Positions 47,318 through 57,367 of a stretch of DNA of 64,000 nt are shown piece after piece. The translations under genes and the position numbers were made by a program. Source of the DNA: a virus; IMG/VR virus record IMGVR_UViG_3300028840_006907, positions 224,001-288,000 of that record, one strand, 5' to 3'. Numbering within the stretch: position 1 is the first letter of the stretch; every line of letters begins with the position of its first letter. The notes under the pieces are model-generated. The model did no database searches and was not told the DNA's origin. It worked only from the letters and a program-made list of their open reading frames with translations.

Positions 47318-47887
47318 ATGAATATTATTTTATTAGTCCCCAAAGTGGTACAAAATTATATAGGTCAATTTCCAGAAGTTAGACATAATGCATATAATTA
47401 TTTCAATTATGATAACAGAATCATAGATGAAAGAGTTAATCGTCATGATCAAAAGCCCCCTTATAAAGGGCCAGATGATTTTTCTAATCCGGATTATGAC
47501 GCTTTGATTACATATGCTAAAACTATAATAAATCCTATTCTAGCTAAATATAGTATGAAAGTGGCTCATGAGGATGCTCTTCATACAGCAATTCGTGATT
47601 TCAATAACGGTTTATTCGATGGTAAAGTTAATGCCTCTAAATTTGAAGTATTGTTGAAAGGGATGGCTTTACCTGCAGTGCCAATGCAACCTCCTTGTCC
47701 GTGTGGGGTTATGGCCAAGAAAGAAGATAAAAAAGAAAAACCTACTGAAATTAAACCTCATGTTTTAAAACAGTTAGGTTTAAGTCCTAAAGATATTCCA
47801 ATGAGACAAGTTGTTAAAAAAGTGGTGCAAAGAGGTAAGGCACCCCTTGTTGTTCGTGAAAAAGGTAAGCATATAATTAAGAAATAA
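47318..47887 (+). CDS. hypothetical protein
   Basis: 189 aa ORF. Confidence 0.45.
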   Translation: MNIILLVPKVVQNYIGQFPEVRHNAYNYFNYDNRIIDERVNRHDQKPPYKGPDDFSNPDYDALITYAKTIINPILAKYSMKVAHEDALHTAIRDFNNGLFDGKVNASKFEVLLKGMALPAVPMQPPCPCGVMAKKEDKKEKPTEIKPHVLKQLGLSPKDIPMRQVVKKVVQRGKAPLVVREKGKHIIKK

Positions 47888-47917
47888 ATTTACAAAAAAA
47901 TACTAAGGAGGATTGTA

Positions 47918-48250
47918 ATGGCTCTTAAGAATGCGAAAGAATATACTGAAAGATTAGACAAAATCGCTGATAAAATTGAAAAGATTTCTCCAGAACTTGC
48001 TCTCTGCATAGATAAAATCTCAGATGTTATTGAGGGCAAAAAAGATGCTTCTACTCTTAAGTTTGATCCAGATGAAGCAAAATACATGGCTAATCGTTTT
48101 AACTTTGATGTACGTCAACGTGAAGCTGATGAACCTTACATGGATAATTTCAACAAGAGTGATTTCGAACAAGTAATGGATGAAAAGAAAAATCCAGAGC
48201 CAATCCGTACTGCAAGCGTTCCTTATCAAAAAGTACAAGAAGAAAAATAA
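47918..48250 (+). CDS. hypothetical protein
   Basis: 110 aa ORF with strong SD TAAGGAGG. Confidence 0.5.
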   Translation: MALKNAKEYTERLDKIADKIEKISPELALCIDKISDVIEGKKDASTLKFDPDEAKYMANRFNFDVRQREADEPYMDNFNKSDFEQVMDEKKNPEPIRTASVPYQKVQEEK

Positions 48251-48283
48251 TTTTTGTTCTCTTTTGATTTAAGGAGGTAATTA

Positions 48284-48820
48284 ATGCCTGCATTATATCC
48301 ATCAGCGGTGGCACCTGAGGCTTTTAAACCAGGTGAATGCGTTAGAAGGTTTGTAACGGAATGGAATGTTACTCCCTATTTGGGTGTTGTGTCACATATT
48401 GTTCCGGCAACTAGTAAAGTATGGGTTCAATGGCCTTTTGGGTCTCAACCTGAAGATCCTGAATTTCTTGTTAAAGTAAATCCTGATGTTGCAGGAATGC
48501 CTACAGCTTTTATTGATCGAGGTTATAACTCTTATGAGAAGACTTTGTCGGAAAAGGCTTATGGAGCTATTCCTAAAAGAATAATACCTAGTCGTGACTG
48601 TGTTAAACCTATAGTTGTTACTGCTCGGGATAAAATGGCCATACGTATTGCTCATACATTTGCTACTCGGACGATAGGGAGTCTTGTTGATGACATTGAA
48701 GGTTGTTTAAAAGATGGTATGACAGATGTACAGACCTATAATAAAATCTTTAATAAATATGGGACTATATGTTCTGATTATATCATAAAATCTTCAATTA
48801 AAAAGATTTATCAATCGTAA
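48284..48820 (+). CDS. hypothetical protein
   Basis: 178 aa ORF with strong SD TAAGGAGG. Confidence 0.5.
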   Translation: MPALYPSAVAPEAFKPGECVRRFVTEWNVTPYLGVVSHIVPATSKVWVQWPFGSQPEDPEFLVKVNPDVAGMPTAFIDRGYNSYEKTLSEKAYGAIPKRIIPSRDCVKPIVVTARDKMAIRIAHTFATRTIGSLVDDIEGCLKDGMTDVQTYNKIFNKYGTICSDYIIKSSIKKIYQS

Positions 48821-48830
48821 GGAGATATCA

Positions 48831-49127
48831 ATGATACATAAATGGACTACTAAGTTCGGGCCAGTAGTTTTAATTACTCCCGAATCAGAAGGTAGAAGGA
48901 GACCTACAGTAGGAATTTTTTCAAAAGGTTATGAGGGTTACGCTGTAGGTAATAAAGCAAATGTGCTTAAGACTCTTATAGAGACTAAAGCTCATTTTAC
49001 TCAGGAGAAAGATGAAAAACCCGATGTTTCAGATAAAGTAAAAAGCCCTATTAAAAAGTTTTCATTTGCAAATGTGATTCGTGTTTATGCGAAAAAATTA
49101 GAGGAGAAGAATAATGTTTCTTCATAA
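48831..49127 (+). CDS. hypothetical protein
   Basis: 98 aa ORF; AAGGAG upstream. Confidence 0.45.
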   Translation: MIHKWTTKFGPVVLITPESEGRRRPTVGIFSKGYEGYAVGNKANVLKTLIETKAHFTQEKDEKPDVSDKVKSPIKKFSFANVIRVYAKKLEEKNNVSS

Positions 49128-49416
49128 ATATAAGGATGAATCAGGGACTTTTTATGGTTTGACGGGTTCGAGTAATTCTAATAATGTGAAGCTATTAGCA
49201 GATTCTGTAGGAAAGAATGTTATCCCGGCTGACCGGGTTAAGAATGCTCTTGCCCTTATAGAAGCTGCCTTTAGGGAGAAGCCTGAGGAAAAGAAACCAG
49301 AACCTGAGAAAAAGAAACCCGAGAAAGAAGAGAAGTCTGAAAAAAAGGAAAAAACAGCTATTTCGGATGTAATCCGTAAATACGGGCTGACGCTAAATTC
49401 ACTAGATAAGGAATAA
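49114..49416 (+). CDS. hypothetical protein with Lys/Glu-rich tail
   Basis: 100 aa ORF. Confidence 0.4.
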   Translation: MFLHKYKDESGTFYGLTGSSNSNNVKLLADSVGKNVIPADRVKNALALIEAAFREKPEEKKPEPEKKKPEKEEKSEKKEKTAISDVIRKYGLTLNSLDKE

Positions 49417-49420
49417 TTAT

Positions 49421-50989
49421 ATGGCAATGCTAAAATACGGCTCGGCTGTTATAATCGATTCTGAAGTAAGCACTGATCAGTGGTCTAAGAGTGTTTGTTG
49501 CGGTAATAAAGGTAAACATTCTTGTGGTGAAGGTAAATGCCGGGTCAAGATTGCTAAAAATGTATTTGCTAAATATACTCCTGAGAAATACTTATTGAGC
49601 CATTGTACGATTATAGCTGCAGTTGATACTGAATTAGCTAATCCTTCTGATCCTAAAAGTGATTATTATATCCATCCTAATTTTTCCAAATATGTAAATA
49701 ATAATGGTGATGCATGGTCAAAGCAGATGCTTGCTTCATGTTACCGTTCTTTTATAGGTTCCCATAATTACTTGGAACATGTACAAATACCCGAACTCAG
49801 TAAGGGGAGGGTAATTGATGCTATTCTGAGAGAAGTCCCTATAGGACGAGATAAACAGGGTAAAGAGTTAACAACCTATTATGTTGATATTCTTGTTGCT
49901 ACTGAGAGAAAGCATAAACAGTTAATAGCTGATATTCAATCAAAGAAGCTTAATTCTCTTAGTATGGGATGTAAAATAGCTTATAGCATATGTACTAAAT
50001 GTGGTAAAAAGGCAGTAGATGAAACAGAGGCTTGTCAGCATATTCGTTTTGAAAAGAACAATATGTTTTATGATAATAATGGTGTTCAACGTAAGGTAGC
50101 TGAATTGTGTGGCCATTATTCTGAGCCTGAGAGTGTTACTTTCATCGATGCTTCATGGGTAAAAAATCCTGCATTTACTGGTGCTGTAATTCGAAATATC
50201 GTTAATCCACCAGAAAACATCTTGGCTAAAATTGAGGAAGCTAGTAAAAAAGAAAGTTATCTGATTCAAGAAGATGATTTTCTTAAGGCTGCTCATAAAA
50301 TAGCCCAGGATCCTCCAGCAGAAGAAGAACCTCCTGCAGAGGAAGAGACTGCTCCTGATACTGAGGCACCAGAAGCTCCTCCTGAAGAAGCTACTCCAGC
50401 CGATGAAGGTGGTGCTGTTGAAGAGCCTCCTGCCGAGTTACCTGAGGTAGATCAGAATAATGTCAAGACTTGGAAAAATGAGGTAAAGAAAAAGGTCCTT
50501 CAAGAATTGGGTGATGAATTAGTTGAAGAGATGACAAAAGAAGATGATATGGGACCTCGTGAATTAGAAACTTTGGATGATAGTTTAATTCAACCAACCG
50601 CATCTCAAGCATTAAAGCGTATGTGGGTATTAAAGGAAGGTTGGAATAAATTCCTGAAGGAAACGACAAATGGTTTAAGTAAAGATAATCATGATCGGTT
50701 AAAATTCGGTGCTTTCATAATGTTGAATAGCAATGATCCTAAAGTTTTATCTCATTATGGTTATAACCGTAGGGATTTTTTAGCAGTGATGTCTTACATA
50801 GATCAATTTTTTAAGAATCGTTTACCAGTAAGAGTGAAGAAAGCAGTAGCTAAGCTCAATGGTACGAAGGATTTATCATTAAAAGATACTGTACATTCTT
50901 TACAAAAGCTTTCGGGAAAAAGGCTTGCTGAAAAAGAAATTAAGAAGTCTTTAGTGTGGTTAAAATTAATGGATTTGTACAAAGAATAA
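49421..50989 (+). CDS. hypothetical head-module protein with Cys clusters and acidic Pro/Glu-rich linker
   Basis: 522 aa; CCGNKGKHSCGEGKC and CTKCGKK...CQH motifs; PAEEEPPAEEE region; position between portal and capsid genes. Confidence 0.5.
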   Translation: MAMLKYGSAVIIDSEVSTDQWSKSVCCGNKGKHSCGEGKCRVKIAKNVFAKYTPEKYLLSHCTIIAAVDTELANPSDPKSDYYIHPNFSKYVNNNGDAWSKQMLASCYRSFIGSHNYLEHVQIPELSKGRVIDAILREVPIGRDKQGKELTTYYVDILVATERKHKQLIADIQSKKLNSLSMGCKIAYSICTKCGKKAVDETEACQHIRFEKNNMFYDNNGVQRKVAELCGHYSEPESVTFIDASWVKNPAFTGAVIRNIVNPPENILAKIEEASKKESYLIQEDDFLKAAHKIAQDPPAEEEPPAEEETAPDTEAPEAPPEEATPADEGGAVEEPPAELPEVDQNNVKTWKNEVKKKVLQELGDELVEEMTKEDDMGPRELETLDDSLIQPTASQALKRMWVLKEGWNKFLKETTNGLSKDNHDRLKFGAFIMLNSNDPKVLSHYGYNRRDFLAVMSYIDQFFKNRLPVRVKKAVAKLNGTKDLSLKDTVHSLQKLSGKRLAEKEIKKSLVWLKLMDLYKE

Positions 50990-51101
50990 GTGAAAAAAAG
51001 TTAAGTACAATAGTTTCAATTATTAATAATCTTTTAATATTGGTATGATGGACAACAAAAAAGATTAAAAATAAAAGATAAATATTCATAGGAGGTTAAA
51101 C

Positions 51102-51935
51102 ATGGCGAGAGAAAGATTGAGCTGGGATAAGAAGAAGGAAGCCGAACAAAAGAAACAGGCTGATCCTTACACAATGAATCAAGATCATACTAATCCACCA
51201 GCTTCGAAATACGATATTGGTGGTCCTTCTGAATTTGCAGAAGATCCAGATATGAAAACTCCATGGAAAAATGAGGGTCGTGTTGAGACTGGTCATCCTG
51301 CTCCAGCTCGTGAAGCAGTTAAAGCTGCTCGTCAGTTGGAAGACAAAGCTCTCAAATGCATTACCATTGCTCAGAGAATACTTCCAGGAGCCTCTGATAA
51401 CATTATCGAAGATCAAGCGACTGATTTTATGCATTTACCTGACAAATGCATCCTCGCTACTCTTCAACGTCAAGCTGAATTAGCAGAAAAGCTTGCTAAA
51501 GATGATGAGAAGGACGAGGAAAAAATGGAAGAAGAAAAGGAAGCTAAAGAAGAAAAAGTAGTTGAAGAAAAGCCTGCTGAAAAAGAAGCAGCTAAAGAAA
51601 AAGAAGAACCGGAAGAAGAGGAAGAAAAGGAAGCTAAAGAAGAAAAAGTAGCTGAAGAAAAGCCTGCTGAAAAAGAAGCAGCTAAAGAAAAAGAAGAGCC
51701 GGAAGAAGAAGAGGAAGAAAAGGAAGCTAAAGAAGAGCCAAAAAAAGAAGCTACCGCAGAAATGGATATTGAATTAGGTGGTGATAATAGTGTGGATCTT
51801 CTCGATTCAGTATTTGCTGCTGAAGAAAAACAAGGTGCAAAAAAACTTAGTGGGATAGTGAAACAGGCTTCATCAGAAGGTGAATTGGGTAGTCTCTGGA
51901 CTTCTCCACCTGATGTGTCTGAAGCTTTCAAATAA
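51102..51935 (+). CDS. acidic Glu/Lys-rich repeat protein, possible scaffolding protein
   Basis: SD AGGAGG; tandem ~30-aa EKEAKEEKVxEEKPAEKEAAKEKEEPEEEE repeats; sits just upstream of putative capsid genes. Confidence 0.55.
   Translation: MARERLSWDKKKEAEQKKQADPYTMNQDHTNPPASKYDIGGPSEFAEDPDMKTPWKNEGRVETGHPAPAREAVKAARQLEDKALKCITIAQRILPGASDNIIEDQATDFMHLPDKCILATLQRQAELAEKLAKDDEKDEEKMEEEKEAKEEKVVEEKPAEKEAAKEKEEPEEEEEKEAKEEKVAEEKPAEKEAAKEKEEPEEEEEEKEAKEEPKKEATAEMDIELGGDNSVDLLDSVFAAEEKQGAKKLSGIVKQASSEGELGSLWTSPPDVSEAFK
51532..51740 (+). repeat. tandem ~90-nt repeat (two copies plus partial) encoding acidic EKEAKEEK... units
   Basis: Direct reading of near-identical 90-nt blocks. Confidence 0.8.
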
Positions 51936-51985
51936 AGAAGATATTCGCAATTAACAGAATTTACTAACTTAGGAGGTTAAGATTT

Positions 51986-52549
51986 ATGGCTAGTTCAAAT
52001 CTCCCGCTCCCTAATGCGCATTGTAATGTTCTGTATCGTCAGACTTTCAATACTTACGGTACAATCGTTGCTGCTGGATTAACTCAGAATAACCGCGTAG
52101 GGAACGCACAGAAAGCGAACAATACTCGCCTGAATGCAAATACCAATTTAGGTATTCTCGCAGGTAGTGTTGTTGCTGTAGCTGGAAGTGGTACAATTGG
52201 GCCGTGCGCCGGTGACGCTTCTGCAAATGACCTTGCAGTAGGTATTGCAGTAAATGATGCTGTCGGTAACGCCTATGAGTCAAGTTCCGCTGTAGCATCG
52301 AACAGAGTAGTTTATGCCCATGGAACCGGTACAGTCTTTAATACCGATATCTATGAGACAAAAGCAACGGACGGCACCGCTGCTGTTACCTATACTGCAG
52401 GTGACAGATTGTATTCATCCCAGAATGGGTTGCTTACAAATTCAAGTGGTATGGCCTTAGTTCCTAGTGCCTATCATACTATGATTGGCATTGTTTTAGA
52501 AGTTCCAACTGCTTCTAATCCATATATGACCGTTCAAATGAGAATATAA
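51986..52549 (+). CDS. hypothetical virion protein (Ala/Gly/Thr-rich), possible capsid decoration protein
   Basis: SD AGGAGG; GC content visibly higher than background; adjacent to putative major capsid gene. Confidence 0.5.
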   Translation: MASSNLPLPNAHCNVLYRQTFNTYGTIVAAGLTQNNRVGNAQKANNTRLNANTNLGILAGSVVAVAGSGTIGPCAGDASANDLAVGIAVNDAVGNAYESSSAVASNRVVYAHGTGTVFNTDIYETKATDGTAAVTYTAGDRLYSSQNGLLTNSSGMALVPSAYHTMIGIVLEVPTASNPYMTVQMRI

Positions 52550-52564
52550 GGGAGGTGAGTCTCA

Positions 52565-53437
52565 ATGGCTGAAATTAGCAATCAAGTAAAACAAGAAATT
52601 ATTGCTGAGTATATTAAAACTGCCGGTGGACGTGCGAAACTCGCTGCGTCAATGACTCAGCCTTTACGTCTTAGGAGAGACTACACCAGTGTAGGTCGTA
52701 AGACTTTCTTGGTAGAACAGCTCCCTGACGGTGCATTACCAATTTATGACAAAGATCCTAATGTCACAGCATATGTGATTGGTGAAGAAGGTGCCAACAT
52801 TTTGGCTATCACCAAACCTCGCCGTGTCATTTTTCCTTTGTTTGAAATTGCATCCAATCCGGAAATTCCGTTAACTCAAATCAAAGAACGTCGTTTCGAT
52901 CTCATCGAACGTGCTCAAGACCTTGCTAAATCAGAAATTCAGGCTGAAGAAGACACACGTGTTTTTGAAGTTCTGGATGCTGTAGCAACAAATGGTTTTG
53001 ATAACATCGGTGCAACGAATGCAGATATCCCTGCAACTGCTCCTCTTACACCTTCAGACCTCGCTGATGCTTTTGCACTAGTAGAGCGCCATGATCTGCG
53101 TGTAGCAAGAGTATTTGCCAATGCACTGGATTACAGTGACATTCGTAAGTGGGGACGTGATGTTCTTGATATCGAGAGTCAGGCAACATTACTTAAAACT
53201 GGTCTTATGGCAACCGTTTGGGGAGCCCAGATCATAGTTTCAAGAAAAGTTCCTGTAGGATACATCTATGTATGTGCAGAACCTGAATTCTTTGGCCGGA
53301 TACCTGTCCGTACAGAGCTTACAGTTCTCTCTGCTGATGATCCACGTAACCGTACAATCGGATTTTCATGTTTTGAAAATCTTGGTATTGGTTGCCACAA
53401 TCCTCTCGGCTTGGATCGTGTCGTACTTTCTCGATAA
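52565..53437 (+). CDS. putative major capsid protein
   Basis: SD GGGAGGTG; 290 aa; locally high GC suggesting strong expression; followed by strong intrinsic terminator; downstream of portal and scaffold-like genes. Confidence 0.45.
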   Translation: MAEISNQVKQEIIAEYIKTAGGRAKLAASMTQPLRLRRDYTSVGRKTFLVEQLPDGALPIYDKDPNVTAYVIGEEGANILAITKPRRVIFPLFEIASNPEIPLTQIKERRFDLIERAQDLAKSEIQAEEDTRVFEVLDAVATNGFDNIGATNADIPATAPLTPSDLADAFALVERHDLRVARVFANALDYSDIRKWGRDVLDIESQATLLKTGLMATVWGAQIIVSRKVPVGYIYVCAEPEFFGRIPVRTELTVLSADDPRNRTIGFSCFENLGIGCHNPLGLDRVVLSR

Positions 53438-53460
53438 GAATTGATACTTATTGATAAAAA

Positions 53461-53506
53461 GGGCTATTAGAGGGACAGTCCCCACTAATGGCCCTTTCTT
53501 TTTTTA
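53461..53506 (+). terminator. intrinsic terminator after the putative capsid gene
   Basis: GC-rich imperfect hairpin GGGCTATTAGAGGG...CCCCACTAATGGCCC followed by TTTCTTTTTTT. Confidence 0.65.
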
Positions 53507-53526
53507 TGAATTAAAGGGAGTAAAAA

Positions 53527-53892
53527 ATGAAAAGTCTATCATCGTTTTTAAAAAAGATAGCTTATCGTATAGCTACTGAATTCCCTGATACTTCAGAATT
53601 ACGCGAGAATGAACCTGATTGGTCTGAGCTAAATAAAGAGTCTCTTCCATGGCAGGCATTTGCTAATTATAAGTCCATGGATAAAGAGAAAAAATCTACC
53701 TGGAAATATCCTCATCATTTTATAGCTGGAGGTAAAAAAGAGGATGGGATTTTTACATCAGGTACGATGTATCTTCATAAAGGTGGTTTAAACGCTGCCT
53801 GGGCTGCTGCTCAAGGTGCTCGGTCAGGAAAAAAAGCTACTCCAGAAATTATCACTCATTTAGAAAGACATCGTAAAGCTATAAAAGAATAA
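53527..53892 (+). CDS. hypothetical protein
   Basis: 121 aa ORF; GGGAG upstream. Confidence 0.45.
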   Translation: MKSLSSFLKKIAYRIATEFPDTSELRENEPDWSELNKESLPWQAFANYKSMDKEKKSTWKYPHHFIAGGKKEDGIFTSGTMYLHKGGLNAAWAAAQGARSGKKATPEIITHLERHRKAIKE

Positions 53893-53989
53893 GCTAAAAA
53901 AATTTGTAATTATTCTTCATTTAAAACGTTTTGATTTAAAAGAAGTTATCATATTTTATGGTAACTTTTTTTCATTTGTTTAAAAAATT

Positions 53990-55063
53990 TTGCTGTTCGT
54001 TTCCCTTCTAAACCTTGTATTAATATGTATGGGAAAGAAATGCAAAGATAAGCACTGTTTTAATGATGCTGAAATAAAAGGTTATTGTGTAAGGCATTAT
54101 TTTAGCCTACCTAGATGTGAGTATCCTGGGTGTCCGAATATTACTCTTGTTAAAAACGGCCTCTGTAAAAAACACTCTGAATTAGATCCAAAAGACATAC
54201 CTAATTATAAACCGAAAAGAAGACAGGAATCGGTTAAAAGGGAAATTAAGTTTCCTAAAAATTGGAATCATTTTTCTTTGGAACAGAAAAAAATCCTTCT
54301 TAATAAGGAAACGAAGTCTAAATTAATAATATATATCTTAAAAAAGGATCAAAGTTTTGATGTAAAGAATGCTTGTAAAAGGAGGCTTCTGGAATTAGGG
54401 TGTGAAATACCAAAAGATTTAACGTATAAATGTAAAGTCCCTGGTTGTGATAATGGTCCAAGTTCGTTAAATCATTATACTAGTGGATTTTGCCAAACTC
54501 ATTATCAGCAATATCTAAAAGGAATAATAGATAAAGACGGTAAATCAATCAGGGATTTGGTAGATGTAGGGAAACACAATGCTAATATATCTCCTGAAAG
54601 GGCTATATTATCTAAATATAATACTTTAATTAAAGGCATACACCATATCAGGAAAGAATTGCGAAATCTGAGAGATATGTCCTTTGACATGGATTATAAA
54701 TTTAATTTCTTTCCGCAATTAGGGTTTGTTGAAGACAGTTTAAAATTTATTTATAGTCCCCATTTTATTCTGAAGAATACATCGTTTTTGAAAAACACTA
54801 CATTAAAGGAGATCTTGGGAGAGAAAGAAGAACACGCACAGGTGATGTTGAAATTAGATGGCAATGAATATAAGGGGGAATTGATTCAGGGAGATGAATC
54901 AAAAATATTCATTACTGATAAAATAGATAAGAAAGGTTCAGTAGTTCTTTTTTTGAGAGGTATAGAAGATTTTACAGAATATCCTTTTGAATGCAAAGCT
55001 TATGATAAGGAAACTAACATAGTACAGAATATACGAATAGAGGAAATTCGTGAAGATAAGTAG
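53990..55063 (+). CDS. hypothetical Cys/His-rich protein (repeated CxxxC...GxCxxH units)
   Basis: Three units such as CKDKHCF..GYCVRHY, CEYPGCP..GLCKKH, CKVPGCD..GFCQTHY. Confidence 0.45.
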   Translation: MLFVSLLNLVLICMGKKCKDKHCFNDAEIKGYCVRHYFSLPRCEYPGCPNITLVKNGLCKKHSELDPKDIPNYKPKRRQESVKREIKFPKNWNHFSLEQKKILLNKETKSKLIIYILKKDQSFDVKNACKRRLLELGCEIPKDLTYKCKVPGCDNGPSSLNHYTSGFCQTHYQQYLKGIIDKDGKSIRDLVDVGKHNANISPERAILSKYNTLIKGIHHIRKELRNLRDMSFDMDYKFNFFPQLGFVEDSLKFIYSPHFILKNTSFLKNTTLKEILGEKEEHAQVMLKLDGNEYKGELIQGDESKIFITDKIDKKGSVVLFLRGIEDFTEYPFECKAYDKETNIVQNIRIEEIREDK

Positions 55064-55249
55064 GTTTTATGATTATAACGACTCTTTCTTGTGCCATTAT
55101 TTTAATCGCAATATTTTTATTGATATTGTCTTTATTATCTGATTGTGAGCCTTTTGGGATAAGTCGAGATCTAATAGTCACTCTTTTTCAGATATTAAAT
55201 GCTATTTTAGCTGGAGCTATAATCATTTATCATAATTGGGGTTAATTTA

Positions 55250-55459
55250 TTACCACTTATTGTAATTTCTGCCATATGAATTATTTCTATGGTTTTGATT
55301 GCTTCCATTCCTATCATCTTTTTCGGCTTTTCTTTTTTTCCTACAATCTGGACATCTTACTGGATCGCTGAAACCTTTTTGATTAAAGAAATCCTGTTCA
55401 CCGGCTGTGAAAGTAAAATTATTACCACAATCTCTGCAAGCTATCTGTCTGTCAGACAT
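55250..55459 (-). CDS. small zinc-ribbon protein
   Basis: CRDCG...CPDCRKKRK; 69 aa. Confidence 0.45.
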   Translation of the reverse strand: MSDRQIACRDCGNNFTFTAGEQDFFNQKGFSDPVRCPDCRKKRKAEKDDRNGSNQNHRNNSYGRNYNKW

Positions 55460-55473
55460 ATTTTCTCCTTTGG

Positions 55474-56361
55474 TTATTCCTCTAATTTTTCTACAATCGA
55501 TTTCAATTTATTAATATGTTCTTGTTCTTCTTGTATTTTTTCTTCCCATAGATCAGAATCTTTAAGTGAGGTAATAGTCCGGTCTATAAGATTTACGAGA
55601 ACACTCGGTTCTAATGCATCCAGTTCCCAGCTTTCTTCTCCAAATTTTATAATATATGATTGATATCGGGAATCAGTAGTTTTGGCAGGATTGGGAGGAG
55701 GGCTAAATTCCTCTATTTGATTAAAGTTCAGAGCGATACGTTTTACTTCCATTCCACCCATAAATAATTCTAATCGATCAGTTATGTCCCTAGTCATATC
55801 GATCCCAGATGGATCATGATCGCCTAGATGGATGACAATAGGTATCTGTGATTTACCTTTAAATTTCATTGCATGTCTTCTGAATCTGCGACCTGCTGAC
55901 CACATTTCACTTTGAGAAGTATAACCTCTACATGAAAAATATGGCACATCATGTTGATTACATATCCTGTCTATAACTCCGACAAGAGCATCTTTTTCTA
56001 TCCAGACTTCGGGACGATATATTTGGTTTTCCCATTTATCGATTTCATATTGTTCAATACAAGTTTCGATAATTTGAGCTGGGCTGTCCCAATGAGATAA
56101 CTGTTGTAATTCTCTTGTTCTATCTTCAAGTCTATCCCAATCTACTAATCCAGCAAGTCGAGCATCATTGATAATAGATCCCAATCTTTTATACTCTGAT
56201 TGTTTATTAGCAATAAGATCTCGGGAGACAAACTGGTAGTATAATTGACGAAGAGTAAGTTTAAATCCTTGCCCTCTATATTCTTCGATGATATTATTAG
56301 CTTGATCTATTATAGTTAAGCTAGAACTTGCGAAATTTTTCTTGATATATGCTATTTTCAT
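55474..56361 (-). CDS. hypothetical protein
   Basis: 295 aa ORF. Confidence 0.5.
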   Translation of the reverse strand: MKIAYIKKNFASSSLTIIDQANNIIEEYRGQGFKLTLRQLYYQFVSRDLIANKQSEYKRLGSIINDARLAGLVDWDRLEDRTRELQQLSHWDSPAQIIETCIEQYEIDKWENQIYRPEVWIEKDALVGVIDRICNQHDVPYFSCRGYTSQSEMWSAGRRFRRHAMKFKGKSQIPIVIHLGDHDPSGIDMTRDITDRLELFMGGMEVKRIALNFNQIEEFSPPPNPAKTTDSRYQSYIIKFGEESWELDALEPSVLVNLIDRTITSLKDSDLWEEKIQEEQEHINKLKSIVEKLEE

Positions 56362-57086
56362 TGGGAGATAATATTTATTGTAGTTGGGTATTGGTTTTTT
56401 ACTATGAATTCTGCTTCTGCTTCATTTAAAGCTTCTACTGAAACAGTTTTATTATGAATGATACTTTTTTTATTATAATAAAATTCAATATTCATTTGAA
56501 ATTTTCGTTTCTTTGGTGGGGTAAAATCCTGTTGTATATCTATAAAAAAATTTTGTGGGCCTAAAATAGAAGGACCTATAAGTTTTTCAGTAGTTTCCTT
56601 TTTTATACTAATTATTTCTTTTGGAGAAAATTGGTCTTTTATTTTTTTAATAGCGTCTTCGATATCTTCAGCAAAAATATTAATTGTTGTTGGGGTTTCG
56701 AATTCTTTTGTTTCTCCTAATATTTTATTCTGATAAAAGAGTATCATTTGAACTTCAAATCGTTGATGAGTTTTATACGGCTTATTAAAGTTTTCGATTA
56801 TTCTTTTTTCAAGTGAAGCATAATCAAATTCAAATGTATTAGGACCATAATCCATTCGGCAATGGTTAGGCCATAGAGGTTGTGATTCTGGAGAATGGTG
56901 TTCAGTATATGGATTGGAGCTTTTTGGTTCACCTTTAAGTTCTGGTCTATAAAAATCTGTCCAGTCTGTCAATTGCCCAGTTTTAATAAGAAGTTTTAAA
57001 TATGCTGGATCTATTCTTTTGTATTTATGATCTTCCATAATTTTCCTTAAAAAAGATGTTTGAATTATAACTAAAATATAATTCAA
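56358..57086 (-). CDS. hypothetical protein
   Basis: 242 aa ORF overlapping downstream gene by 4 nt (operon-like). Confidence 0.5.
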   Translation of the reverse strand: MNYILVIIQTSFLRKIMEDHKYKRIDPAYLKLLIKTGQLTDWTDFYRPELKGEPKSSNPYTEHHSPESQPLWPNHCRMDYGPNTFEFDYASLEKRIIENFNKPYKTHQRFEVQMILFYQNKILGETKEFETPTTINIFAEDIEDAIKKIKDQFSPKEIISIKKETTEKLIGPSILGPQNFFIDIQQDFTPPKKRKFQMNIEFYYNKKSIIHNKTVSVEALNEAEAEFIVKNQYPTTINIISQ

Positions 57087-57215
57087 ACATCAACAAATTT
57101 TATGTAGAAATAAATTGTATGGGGAGAATCCCACAATATCTAAGTATACTAAAAAGTTTAGACAAAGACAAAGAAAAAAACTAATTTGAAGAAATAAAAT
57201 ACTATATTAAGTAAG

Positions 57216-57248
57216 AAATATACCAAAATAGCCCAAAATATACCAAAA
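57216..57248. repeat. direct repeat AAATATACCAAAA (two copies, 20-nt register) in divergent intergenic region
   Basis: Direct reading at 57216-57228 and 57236-57248. Confidence 0.6.
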
Positions 57249-57367
57249 GTTTTTGCTTATTTCATCTAAGTCTAATTTTTTGAAGTATTTGGAATAAAAA
57301 TAATATAATTTATGATTTATTATGGTTTTTCTTATTAAGTAGATCGTGTATCTAATTTTGAAAGGAG

